Counted from the first letter of the stretch, positions 17,413 to 25,340 are shown. The stretch is DNA of 29,942 bases from a virus (IMGVR_UViG_3300025868_000009:1-29942); one strand, 5' to 3'. Program-made: numbers and translations. Notes: generated from the sequence alone by a model not told the origin.

Positions 17413-17589
17413 CTATTCTCCTACTTCTATATCCTCCACCAACTGAGCTACCTCTACCAAAAGGGCTTGTATTCTAACCCTGTTCTCGAGGAGGAAGCTA
17501 TCAGAGGTTTTGGCGTATTCTAGGAGTAGGTCTGCTTTATCTCGTAGCTTCTGACTAATTATTAGATTCTTATTTGGGTTCGTTGACAT
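17413..17589 (-). CDS. Small hypothetical protein (58 aa, MSTNPNKNLII...; below the ORF-track cutoff)
   Basis: AAGGAG RBS; fills the gap between polA and the DUF3987 gene. Confidence 0.65.
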   Translation of the reverse strand: MSTNPNKNLIISQKLRDKADLLLEYAKTSDSFLLENRVRIQALLVEVAQLVEDIEVGE

Positions 17590-17590
17590 C

Positions 17591-19885
17591 TTAATTCTCC
17601 TTTACTATCTTAGACATTGTACCCCACGAGTCTCCTACCTTTATATCTACTGGTATCCGCAGGGTGCGACCGTGAATTATAACTGGGTTATCCATTGCCG
17701 CAAGAACTTCTGCTCGAATATCCGTTCGTCCTATCCTGTACTGTCCTAGCACTGAATCGTGAACTTGGGCTTTTATTCGGAGGTTTCCCTTATGCTTTTT
17801 AACAAGTCCCCAAACCTTCCATAGGCCGATATTAAGGATAGATACTGATAAGTTCTGGGGTGCGTGTGCAACAGCAGAATTGAACGCTTGGTGGCTCTTT
17901 TCTACGTTACCAAAGAAGTGCCGCACGTGCCCCAATGGACTCCGTAATTTGTGCGTGGAGATAATTTCATTCCTTACTTCCTGATACCATAGCCTCACTC
18001 GATAGAATGGAACATGGTAGGAGTCCAGCAAGGTCTGCGCGAATTGCTTCAAGGTAAGATAGCCATGCTTAGGCTTTGCCTCCAGTGAGATATTAGCTGA
18101 TAGATGCGCGGAGGCATCTATAAGATTCTGCGCTCCAGCATTCTCTACGAAGGTAGCTGCTCCCATCATGTAGTTTGTACCATGCACAATCTTCTTTAGA
18201 ATCTTGTTACGGAATTCCTTACTTACCATGTTATATGGTATGCCAAAGAAGAGAGTCCCTAGAGAAGTGTAGAAGTCTTTGTCGGGGTCTTCCAAAGCGG
18301 CTATGAGTTTTAGGTCTTGAGCTAGATAGGCGGTGCATCGAGCCTCACTCTGCGAGTTATCTATCTCGAAGCCCTCGAAGCCCTCTTCCATTATCAGCAT
18401 ACTCTTGGCATAAGATGGAATATTCTGCACTTGTGTGCCACACCAGAAGGAAGAGGAGGAGCAGGCCATTCTTCCAGTCTCTGTACCAAAAGGATTAAGA
18501 CTCCATAGCAACCTACCACCTTTCCTTAGGAAGTCCATGTAAGTGGAGATAGCTTTCCTAGCTTCCCTATACTCTGTGATTGAATCAGTTACTCTCAAGA
18601 GGATAGGATGCTGGGAGCCTACGGCGGCGAGGTTCTTAGCATCCGTACCCCGTGCCTTCCGTACCTTACCTCCTGCTGCTGTTCTCTTCATTCCTACATG
18701 GGGGTCTGCTGCTCCTAGTACATCATAGACATATGTTTGCACTTGCTTAGGGGAAGAGGGATTGAAGTTAGGGTCTGCAAGGATTACTCGCAGCTTTCCT
18801 AGGTTACTCTCCAATCTAGCTTCCTCCTCTCCTCGTATCTTTAGGCGCCTCTCCTCGGAGATAGCGAAGCCCTCAAAGTTACAATAGAGGGCTGGATACA
18901 CTAGCTTGAACTGGCTCTGGTAATTCTTCTTTGCATAGGCAGGTAGATTCCATAGGTAGTGGATTGCTAGGAGTGCAGTGGTGAATGTATCCTTTGCATT
19001 ATAAGCCCAGTACCTGTTGATATCCTGTGCTTTGGATGCTAGGTTAGCCTCTGACTTCCACTGGCAATAGTCATAGAGGTGGATGGATGCTACATAGTCA
19101 AGGGTCTTGGGAAGCTCGGAGAACTCAGCGTGCATCAAAGCCATAGTATCCAAGACCCAATTATGAGGTTCTGCATTGTACACAATAGAGTGCGTGGCAT
19201 CATACATACCATTGTGCATAGCCTTAGCCATAGGCAGCTTGTTCACCGCTTGCAGGAATTGGAGCGCCCTCTTATAGTCTGCATCCGTTTTCCAATGCTC
19301 TTCCATAAAGCTGATAAGAGGGAGTACATAAGTATGCAGGGTAAGATCAGCATATACAGCAGTCCAAGAGCAACAAGTGATGACAGTCTCACCAGCTTCG
19401 AGCGTCTCATTATCCTCAGGTAGTGTCTTGGTTTCGATGTCATAGGCTAGGAACTCTGCTTTCTTTAATTGCTCAAAGGCGTCGAAGAACATGCTTACTT
19501 CAGTAAGTACCTCAAAGGAGAACTCTCTTATAGACCTACCTACTGAATGGAATTTGGCGAGGTCTTTCTCTAGTACCCATGTACCATAAGGAACTGTCTG
19601 CGTCTGGGCAAGGGAGTTACCTACTATACAAGGGACGGAGAAGTTCAACCTAGACCCCCTCCAATCATTTAGGGAAGGCTTAGAGCCTGGCACACAATTA
19701 GCTAGGGTATCTGGGTTGACAAGAAAGATAGCATCGCATCCCGCAGTTTGTGCTTTAGCTACCAACTCTCCCAATGATAGGGTGGAGCTAGTAGCTATAG
19801 CCTGAAGTCCAGCTTTCTTTAGGAAGTATTGCAAGACTGGTAAGTAGTTCTGCTCTGTTTTATTGTAATTCACTAGGACTCTCAT
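17591..19885 (-). CDS. polA: Family A DNA polymerase with 3'-5' exonuclease and a degenerate UDG-like N-terminal domain
   Basis: ExoI YDIET, ExoII HNGMYD, ExoIII YNAKD; TETGRMA, QVQNIP; motif A DNSQSEAR, motif B K..VHG..Y, motif C QVHDS. Confidence 0.95.
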   Translation of the reverse strand: MRVLVNYNKTEQNYLPVLQYFLKKAGLQAIATSSTLSLGELVAKAQTAGCDAIFLVNPDTLANCVPGSKPSLNDWRGSRLNFSVPCIVGNSLAQTQTVPYGTWVLEKDLAKFHSVGRSIREFSFEVLTEVSMFFDAFEQLKKAEFLAYDIETKTLPEDNETLEAGETVITCCSWTAVYADLTLHTYVLPLISFMEEHWKTDADYKRALQFLQAVNKLPMAKAMHNGMYDATHSIVYNAEPHNWVLDTMALMHAEFSELPKTLDYVASIHLYDYCQWKSEANLASKAQDINRYWAYNAKDTFTTALLAIHYLWNLPAYAKKNYQSQFKLVYPALYCNFEGFAISEERRLKIRGEEEARLESNLGKLRVILADPNFNPSSPKQVQTYVYDVLGAADPHVGMKRTAAGGKVRKARGTDAKNLAAVGSQHPILLRVTDSITEYREARKAISTYMDFLRKGGRLLWSLNPFGTETGRMACSSSSFWCGTQVQNIPSYAKSMLIMEEGFEGFEIDNSQSEARCTAYLAQDLKLIAALEDPDKDFYTSLGTLFFGIPYNMVSKEFRNKILKKIVHGTNYMMGAATFVENAGAQNLIDASAHLSANISLEAKPKHGYLTLKQFAQTLLDSYHVPFYRVRLWYQEVRNEIISTHKLRSPLGHVRHFFGNVEKSHQAFNSAVAHAPQNLSVSILNIGLWKVWGLVKKHKGNLRIKAQVHDSVLGQYRIGRTDIRAEVLAAMDNPVIIHGRTLRIPVDIKVGDSWGTMSKIVKEN

Positions 19886-19906
19886 ACTTCTTACCTCTCT
19901 TCTTTC

Positions 19907-20110
19907 TTAGGATAGGATGGTGTCTAGGGTTAGCTTCTTCACAGGCTTAAGGCATTTGTGAACCTCGCCGGTTTTGATAGAGTATAGCACCCACCCTCCA
20001 TCCTTTTCTTGCTCCCAAGCTAGATTACCTTTACCACAGAACTTGCAGGTTATCTCCGAGGGTTCGTCGAGGTCATCTATATCTTGGTAGTAATAGTCGT
20101 AGTATGGCAT
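19907..20110 (-). CDS. Small zinc-ribbon protein
   Basis: CKFCG...W....W.L......HKC; GAGGAG RBS. Confidence 0.65.
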   Translation of the reverse strand: MPYYDYYYQDIDDLDEPSEITCKFCGKGNLAWEQEKDGGWVLYSIKTGEVHKCLKPVKKLTLDTILS

Positions 20111-20265
20111 TGTTTTTCCTCCTCTTGGTGTTCAGGGCAGACTGCGTGGTCTGGTGCAGAGACTCTTATCCTTCCGCATATAGGGCACTTGGTTAGTATA
20201 TCCTCCTGATAGTACGGAGACTTGTGCCTGCGTTGGGAGTATAGGGGGTCATCTAGGAAAGACAT
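20077..20265 (-). CDS. Small Cys/His protein (start re-called at MSFLDD)
   Basis: GGGAG RBS; CPICG..H..C motif. Confidence 0.5.
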   Translation of the reverse strand: MSFLDDPLYSQRRHKSPYYQEDILTKCPICGRIRVSAPDHAVCPEHQEEEKQCHTTTITTKI

Positions 20266-20390
20266 AGGGCACTCCCTATTAAGGAAGCCACTGCGATTGC
20301 TAGGGCTGCGCTCATTGCTAGAATAGCCAAGTAAAACCCATACTCTCTCCATAGCTGTCTAAAGGTTCTCTTAATTCTATAGATGTTCAT
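20253..20390 (-). CDS. Small single-pass membrane protein
   Basis: GGGAGAG RBS before MNIYRIK; hydrophobic C-terminal helix. Confidence 0.5.
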   Translation of the reverse strand: MNIYRIKRTFRQLWREYGFYLAILAMSAALAIAVASLIGSALCLS

Positions 20391-20435
20391 TCTGTTTCTC
20401 TCCCTTTCTTTCGTGGTTGATAAGTATCTATTACA

Positions 20436-20472
20436 CAACCCCCTACGTGCTAACCTAAAATGTAAGGGGTTG
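20436..20472 (-). promoter_or_regulatory. Intergenic stem-loop downstream of the SSB-like gene
   Basis: On the - strand, CAACCCCTTAC...GTAGGGGGTTG forms an 11-bp stem with one G-U pair. No U-tract follows. Confidence 0.5.
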
Positions 20473-20507
20473 GTTACTAGGTACTTCTGTTGGGTACTTC
20501 TGTTGGG

Positions 20508-20981
20508 TTAGGCCTTCTGCTGAACGACGCGAATTTGCACGTTCTCGTATTCGCCACCAGCCGGATTAGGAGACTTCTTGATAGTAAGGCGCGCATCAAA
20601 GGTAGCACCCTTGACACTGCCCATCATATCTCCAAGTGATACACCAATCAGGTCAGAGGCTGCCATGATACCTTTAATACGGGCTTTGAAGTAGCCAAGA
20701 CCTTGCTCCGTAGCCATGAAGGTTTCCGTAAACATCGTCCCATTAGGGACAGGAGAGCCACCATCTGCCACGCTCTTGGTTTCTTCTACTGTATAGGTAA
20801 TCTTCAGACGCTGAGCTTCGCCACCAGCCTTAGGCTTGTAAGTCTCAATCTTGCAGTCCTTTACGCCTAGAGTGTATTCACCAGCCGGAGGATTGCTGTA
20901 GTCAGGAGCATCTGGCACGTTATCCAGTGTATCTTCCACCATTGCGTTGAGGTCTAGGAGAGTGCGTTTTTGTGTAGTCAT
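20508..20981 (-). CDS. DUF669-like single-stranded DNA-binding protein
   Basis: PPAGEY....D......LKITYTV...FTETF OB-fold pattern; adjacent to the Sak4-like ATPase. Confidence 0.75.
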   Translation of the reverse strand: MTTQKRTLLDLNAMVEDTLDNVPDAPDYSNPPAGEYTLGVKDCKIETYKPKAGGEAQRLKITYTVEETKSVADGGSPVPNGTMFTETFMATEQGLGYFKARIKGIMAASDLIGVSLGDMMGSVKGATFDARLTIKKSPNPAGGEYENVQIRVVQQKA

Positions 20982-21017
20982 GATATTTCCTTTGGTTAAG
21001 TTAAGTTACTATTGATA

Positions 21018-21866
21018 CTACTTACTAGGGGCTAGGATGCCCCCTTCTACAAGGATAGACCGCATTGATAGTTCTTTGGAAGCCTCTATCTTTGCGTTTA
21101 CCCGTGAGCCTGTTGTTACTTCTGCCTTGTACGTAGAAGATGAACCAGCGGCGTGCTTGCCCATCTTAATCTCTGTGTATATAACAGTACCAAAGTACTT
21201 AGCTACCTTCTGGCAGAAAGCTCTAGTGCCTATCAAGGGGTAGAACTTATCTCTCTTTACCCCATTATACTCTTCCTCGATAGGGATTACATGGGTGATA
21301 ACTACGAAGTTAGTATTGTGAGCTGCTTGAATGACAGAGCAGATGTCTCCTAGCCACTTCACTTGTAGCCCATACTCATCCCAGCCTGGCTTAGCCTCCA
21401 CTGACTTACCTGCCATTGCCATTGCTAGTGCTGAATCCCCTAGCTGTGAGCCAGAATCAATGACAATCAAGTCCTCATGTGTAAGAGAGGATAAGAGGAA
21501 GTCTACGAAGGTAGCTTCTGGGCTTTTAGCGCACTCAGCGCAGGCAATCTTACCATGAATATCACAGATTCTAATAGGAGCTTTAGAAGAGAATGCCTTG
21601 AGGATAGTCTCGCATCCCCGAGGCAGCTCCCTTGTATCTGGGATACTGATTAAGGTAATCTTTCGTAGCTCTTCTTGAGTAAGCCCCATGTGTAGAAGTG
21701 TCTCTGCTCCATTCTCTAGGTCGAACCAGACTATCTTCTTTAGTTCAGGGATACGAGCAGCAGTAGCTACAAGAAGTGTCTTACCTGTTTTGGGCTGCCC
21801 GTATAGAAGGATGGAATGATTAGGTCTTTTGGCTGATACTCTATTTGCAAGGTCGGCGAGGTTCAT
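21018..21866 (-). CDS. Sak4-like (AAA_24) ssDNA-annealing ATPase
   Basis: LLYGQPKTGKT, FDLENG, IVIDSGSQL, VVITHV. Confidence 0.85.
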   Translation of the reverse strand: MNLADLANRVSAKRPNHSILLYGQPKTGKTLLVATAARIPELKKIVWFDLENGAETLLHMGLTQEELRKITLISIPDTRELPRGCETILKAFSSKAPIRICDIHGKIACAECAKSPEATFVDFLLSSLTHEDLIVIDSGSQLGDSALAMAMAGKSVEAKPGWDEYGLQVKWLGDICSVIQAAHNTNFVVITHVIPIEEEYNGVKRDKFYPLIGTRAFCQKVAKYFGTVIYTEIKMGKHAAGSSSTYKAEVTTGSRVNAKIEASKELSMRSILVEGGILAPSK

Positions 21867-22102
21867 GCTCCTTGCTCCAAGCCCTCTTGATAGAGGATAG
21901 CATCCAGTCCTTGAACTTCCTTGACGCAGGAATCCACTAGAGCCCTCTGTAGCTTGTCATAATCTGGACCGCCATAGGCGTCGAGGTTCTCCTTTTTAGC
22001 TTCTACTCGCATATTATGTAGATGCTGTACCATAGCTATCTTATCCTCTAAGAGCATGTACCCAGCAGGAAATTCTATCTTGGTTGTTGTAGTGGTTTTC
22101 AT
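21863..22102 (-). CDS. Hypothetical protein
   Basis: ATGA coupling to the next gene; AGGT-like RBS. Confidence 0.65.
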   Translation of the reverse strand: MKTTTTTKIEFPAGYMLLEDKIAMVQHLHNMRVEAKKENLDAYGGPDYDKLQRALVDSCVKEVQGLDAILYQEGLEQGA

Positions 22103-22132
22103 TTAGCTTACCTACCTTTCGTGTGTGTGTGT

Positions 22133-22408
22133 TTAGAGTGTTTGTTCTACAAGCTGTGCGTAACCTGCGATATCATGCCAGTTGTCCGCATAGAAGGGAT
22201 CTCCATTCAGAATCCTGCCCATCTTATTAGCTTGTGCTTCCAGACTTTCTTTCATGGCAGGGGTAAGGGAGTCCCAGTTTGGGGAGTCCTTCATAGCATC
22301 CTTGAGATTCTGTGCAATACGTGCCACTTCCGCAAAGTCCCCGTATCTTTTCCCCCGCTCCTTAAGTGTAGCGGATACTTGATTCCTACTGCGTCTAGCT
22401 TGTGTCAT
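22133..22408 (-). CDS. DUF6378-like all-helical protein (nucleotide-metabolism/modification-associated)
   Basis: TLKERGKRYGDF...K..RI..G....DNWHDIAGYAQL. Confidence 0.75.
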   Translation of the reverse strand: MTQARRSRNQVSATLKERGKRYGDFAEVARIAQNLKDAMKDSPNWDSLTPAMKESLEAQANKMGRILNGDPFYADNWHDIAGYAQLVEQTL

Positions 22409-22412
22409 TATA

Positions 22413-22724
22413 TTACTCCTCTTCTTCTGTGGTTGTGGTACGCTGGAACCTCGGCAGTCCTGATGGTAGCAATGCTACAAACCATAGCTTAGGTGCTACC
22501 CGTAGTTGAGTTGAGGCTGCATATCTGTACAGTACAAGCCCATTCCTAGGTGTTCCATTCTCTAGTGCCATTCGCACGTCAAGGTCTAGGATTTCTATTG
22601 TCTTGCCGGTACTAGAAGAGCGATACTTCCCTTTTGTCAGCACGGAAGTGGAGTGTATTCTACCCTGTAGTGCATCTCTTGCGGATGAGAGGCCTCTTTT
22701 AGCTACTGCGTTTGTGCGAGTCAT
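22413..22724 (-). CDS. Hypothetical basic protein
   Basis: Start re-called at MTRTNA; packs between its neighbours. Confidence 0.55.
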   Translation of the reverse strand: MTRTNAVAKRGLSSARDALQGRIHSTSVLTKGKYRSSSTGKTIEILDLDVRMALENGTPRNGLVLYRYAASTQLRVAPKLWFVALLPSGLPRFQRTTTTEEEE

Positions 22725-22728
22725 AATC

Positions 22729-23640
22729 CTAGCTCCTATGAATGTGAGATTCAATCAACTGTGGAAGAGAGTACCTAAACTGGTATTCTATCTGGTCATC
22801 CTCTGCCGTCGTTTCCTTATATCTATCCAAGGTTTGTAGGGTGCAGGTTCCGAAGTGCTTACAGGGACGCATATACTGTAGGCAATTCTTACCCCTTAAA
22901 GGAAAGACACCTAGTTCTAGCATCTGCTCTAACCTACCTGTATCCATGCCCAAAGAGATAAACCAGTTGAGCCTATCTTGCAGGGTTTTAGGGTATGTCT
23001 TTACATGCACAGTAGGTGAAAATTTCGAGGTTTCGCTTCTTGTCCCTATCTGTCCTACTAGATAGATAACATCGTATTCTGAATGCTCCTCCCCTGCTAT
23101 CTGATCTAGGACAATAGAGTAACCTAATGCTTGTCCTGAGTTCTTATATAGAGGGTCGATGTCATGCAAGGCCAATCCTGTTGTCTTGTTCTCAAGGATA
23201 GCATAACGCCCACTCCAGCGATTCTTTAGAACAAGGTCGATATAGCCTACGAAATAAATCGCGTGGTCTGGCTGTGAACCTAGGTCATCTATTCTGAAGC
23301 TCAGCTCAACTGCCGGCTTACCCTGAAAGAAAGCTACCTCCCAATCCATTAGAAGGTCATCCAGTTTAGGAAAGGTTACTAGGAGAAGATTCAATAAAAT
23401 CTCTTCTGTGCGCTTATCATCCTCGAGGATAGGCCAGTATGCTTTCCATGCTGCTGCTAGTGCAAGGTCAGGCTCTTGGGTGAGAAGGTAAGTAGATACC
23501 CCCTCACCGAATGCCTTACCAAAGACAGTAGCTGGATAATCGCGCTTCTCTTGCTCCCCCTCCAAGAGTCTATCTAGCTGGAACATTCGCTCACAAGTAA
23601 GGAAAGTCTCTAGGGCTGAGTGGCTTAGTCGAATGTGCAT
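22729..23640 (-). CDS. PD-(D/E)XK Cas4-like exonuclease
   Basis: LSHSALETFLTC, GYIDLV..ENKT, Q...Y; one N-terminal plus three C-terminal Cys (NCLQYMRPCKHFGTC), an Fe-S-like arrangement. Confidence 0.85.
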   Translation of the reverse strand: MHIRLSHSALETFLTCERMFQLDRLLEGEQEKRDYPATVFGKAFGEGVSTYLLTQEPDLALAAAWKAYWPILEDDKRTEEILLNLLLVTFPKLDDLLMDWEVAFFQGKPAVELSFRIDDLGSQPDHAIYFVGYIDLVLKNRWSGRYAILENKTTGLALHDIDPLYKNSGQALGYSIVLDQIAGEEHSEYDVIYLVGQIGTRSETSKFSPTVHVKTYPKTLQDRLNWFISLGMDTGRLEQMLELGVFPLRGKNCLQYMRPCKHFGTCTLQTLDRYKETTAEDDQIEYQFRYSLPQLIESHIHRS

Positions 23641-23843
23641 GGGTCAAGTGTCCTTATGTCCAGTATCCGCTTCTTAATAATAGCGTATTCTGTGTTTATA
23701 ATATAAGCCTGCTCCTTCAAGGCGTCAATTGCTCCATATATAGGATACTGGCGTATCATTGCCTTAAGCAACTCAGCTGTACGGAGCAGCTGCCCTACCT
23801 TATTCCACCTAACTTGGTTTAGTCGTTGCAGTTCTGTAGTCAT
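23625..23843 (-). CDS. Hypothetical protein
   Basis: GGGAG RBS before MTTELQ. Confidence 0.55.
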   Translation of the reverse strand: MTTELQRLNQVRWNKVGQLLRTAELLKAMIRQYPIYGAIDALKEQAYIINTEYAIIKKRILDIRTLDPCTFD

Positions 23844-23844
23844 A

Positions 23845-24057
23845 CTACTTCTCCCTCTGTAGAAAAGCTCCCTCAAGTAGGTGATACTCTCTCAGTGGCA
23901 TTCTGCGAATAGTGGGGCTACCTGCGTTCTCGTAGGATAGACTAGAAATGAAGCAATTATCTATTACTTCTTGCCTGTTCCTGTATGCCCCAAATAAATA
24001 GACTATTCCAGTCGGATAGATAATAACCCAGCGAGTGCGCGGTTTACTCTTGGTCAT
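23845..24057 (-). CDS. Hypothetical protein
   Basis: GGAGG RBS; operon packing. Confidence 0.6.
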   Translation of the reverse strand: MTKSKPRTRWVIIYPTGIVYLFGAYRNRQEVIDNCFISSLSYENAGSPTIRRMPLREYHLLEGAFLQREK

Positions 24058-24059
24058 GG

Positions 24060-24239
24060 CTAGTCTCCTCCTTCCTCTTGGTTGATTGTTGCTCGCATCG
24101 CCAAGATTGCTAAATTGTGTAGCAGTTCATTCGTGGTAGCTAGCGCCTCTGTCAACCTAGCTACTCGCTGTTTCAGGTGTTCAACTTCTTCTTGTAGCTT
24201 CGCCTGCTCGAAGGCGGATAGTTCTTTGTGTTCAGTCAT
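24060..24239 (-). CDS. Small coiled-coil protein (59 aa, MTEHKELSAF...; not in the ORF track)
   Basis: AAGGAG RBS; fills the gap between neighbours; heptad pattern. Confidence 0.65.
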   Translation of the reverse strand: MTEHKELSAFEQAKLQEEVEHLKQRVARLTEALATTNELLHNLAILAMRATINQEEGGD

Positions 24240-24594
24240 TTTGTTTCTCCTTTGCGGTATCTAACGCGAGTGCTTTGTTTAGACGGAACTCCGCGCCCCA
24301 TGCCAGATTTGCCGTCTGGCGGACGGAAAGCTCAAGTCTGCACAATTGCAAGTTAGTTGCCATAACGTAGTCCACCGCAGCGCGCGCGTCTGTCCTCAAG
24401 GCTTCCACGCGCTGTTTCAGTTCAGCAATCTCCGCATCCCGCTGTGTTACTAGCAGGCTGACGGGGCTTCGACGGCCGCTGGCATGTTGGCTATGTCCAG
24501 TCCCGTCCTGCGCTCCATCACCATCTTTGGTAGTATCCCGAAAATGCGAGTTGGCGGAGCACCATCCCTCAAATTCTTTTCTGCTATCGGTCAT
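24232..24594 (-). CDS. Hypothetical, possibly mosaic protein
   Basis: AAGGAG RBS; MTDSRKEFE.W start; GC-richer than the backbone. Confidence 0.55.
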   Translation of the reverse strand: MTDSRKEFEGWCSANSHFRDTTKDGDGAQDGTGHSQHASGRRSPVSLLVTQRDAEIAELKQRVEALRTDARAAVDYVMATNLQLCRLELSVRQTANLAWGAEFRLNKALALDTAKEKQND

Positions 24595-24706
24595 TTCTCT
24601 TCTCCTTGTTTATTAGATGTATATGCGTATGTATATATGTGTGTATGTATATGGTAGTTGGGAGACGCGCTCTATCCTCTGGGTTATTTCCAAAACATCC
24701 TGCCAT
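24584..24706 (-). pseudogene. Probable gene remnant (MAGCFGNNPEDRAR) cut at the tRNA-end repeat
   Basis: Follows the second copy of the 28-bp RBS repeat. After 14 codons it runs into the 16-bp repeat and a low-complexity tract. Confidence 0.4.
24649..24664. repeat. 16-bp exact direct repeat of the tRNA-Ile 3' end (copy of 25338-25353)
   Basis: ATATGGTAGTTGGGAG occurs at both positions. Confidence 0.9.
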
Positions 24707-24732
24707 TTCATTCTTCTTAAAATTAGGGTGCT
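24705..24732. repeat. 28-bp direct repeat (26/28 identical to 25291-25318) covering an RBS/start region
   Basis: ATTTCATTCTtCTtAAAATTAGGGTGCT versus ATTTCATTCTcCTcAAAATTAGGGTGCT. Confidence 0.9.
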
Positions 24733-24977
24733 TCACCCTGCGCGGGATAGCCTTCTTTCGTACAAGCTACAATCGCCACTCTTTCGCCGCAGATGGTGGA
24801 TGTCTGGCTAAACGATTGGCCGAATCCGAATCCGTATCCTCTTCCGTTTCCGTTTCCTCTTCCGTATCCGCTTCCGTTTCCGTATCCGAATCCGTATCCG
24901 CTTCCGAATCCGTTTCCATATTGGTTTCCGTATCCGTTTCCGTATCCGTATCCGTTAAGAGTTACAGTAGTTTCCAT
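24723..24977 (-). CDS. Gly-Tyr/Asn repeat protein
   Basis: Mostly GGA-NNC hexamer repeats at ~24820-24955; GGAG RBS; this gene type commonly follows the DUF6948-like gene in phages. Confidence 0.6.
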   Translation of the reverse strand: METTVTLNGYGYGNGYGNQYGNGFGSGYGFGYGNGSGYGRGNGNGRGYGFGFGQSFSQTSTICGERVAIVACTKEGYPAQGEAP

Positions 24978-25297
24978 TTTGCTTGCTCCACGTCAATAAT
25001 GGATATGATGGCTCGGCATGGAATACGAATAGTCCCAACCTTATCTAGTTTCGTTGCGGGAAGCGGGCCGTTAACCAACTCCCCGATACCTTTTGTCGTG
25101 CCCCAAATTCGGATATTACTTGCGCTTGTCAGGCGCACGAAGTCATCTGTTTCTTCTGCGACTCCTACATACACGAATCCACGATCTGCAATGATGATTT
25201 TAATATCGCCTTCATACTTCTTGGCATCATCTACAGAGTCTGCGCGAATGTACTTTACATCATCAATCGTAATCGTTTCAGGTTTGCTCAATTTCAT
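24962..25297 (-). CDS. DUF6948-like (Sm-like fold) phage protein
   Basis: IIIADRGFVYVG....V.L..A.NIR.WGTT.G.GEL..GP; GAGGAG upstream (true start ATG 25297 or TTG 25291). Confidence 0.75.
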   Translation of the reverse strand: MKLSKPETITIDDVKYIRADSVDDAKKYEGDIKIIIADRGFVYVGVAEETDDFVRLTSASNIRIWGTTKGIGELVNGPLPATKLDKVGTIRIPCRAIISIIDVEQAKWKLL

Positions 25298-25340
25298 TCT
25301 CCTCAAAATTAGGGTGCTGTGCTACGACAACACTTTAATA

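Noticed and set aside
16334-17611. Antisense TTGACA-17-TACTAT (16334) and TTGACA-17-TATCTT (17583) matches
   Set aside because: Weak -10 boxes, inside coding sequence and opposite to gene direction. Likely chance in TA-rich DNA.
17591-19885. Polymerase as DpoZ or other proof of a modified-base genome
   Set aside because: No purZ, datZ or base-modification enzyme is recognisable in the window.
22729-23640. Cas4-like gene as evidence of a CRISPR-Cas system
   Set aside because: No repeat-spacer array or other cas genes are visible. The Sak4/SSB context indicates a recombination exonuclease.
24820-24955. AAC/TAC/TTC/AGC codon series as a DGR-mutagenised region or TR
   Set aside because: The adenine of the interleaved GGA codons is essentially invariant and there is no similarity to the Mtd VR. 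It is a simple coding repeat.
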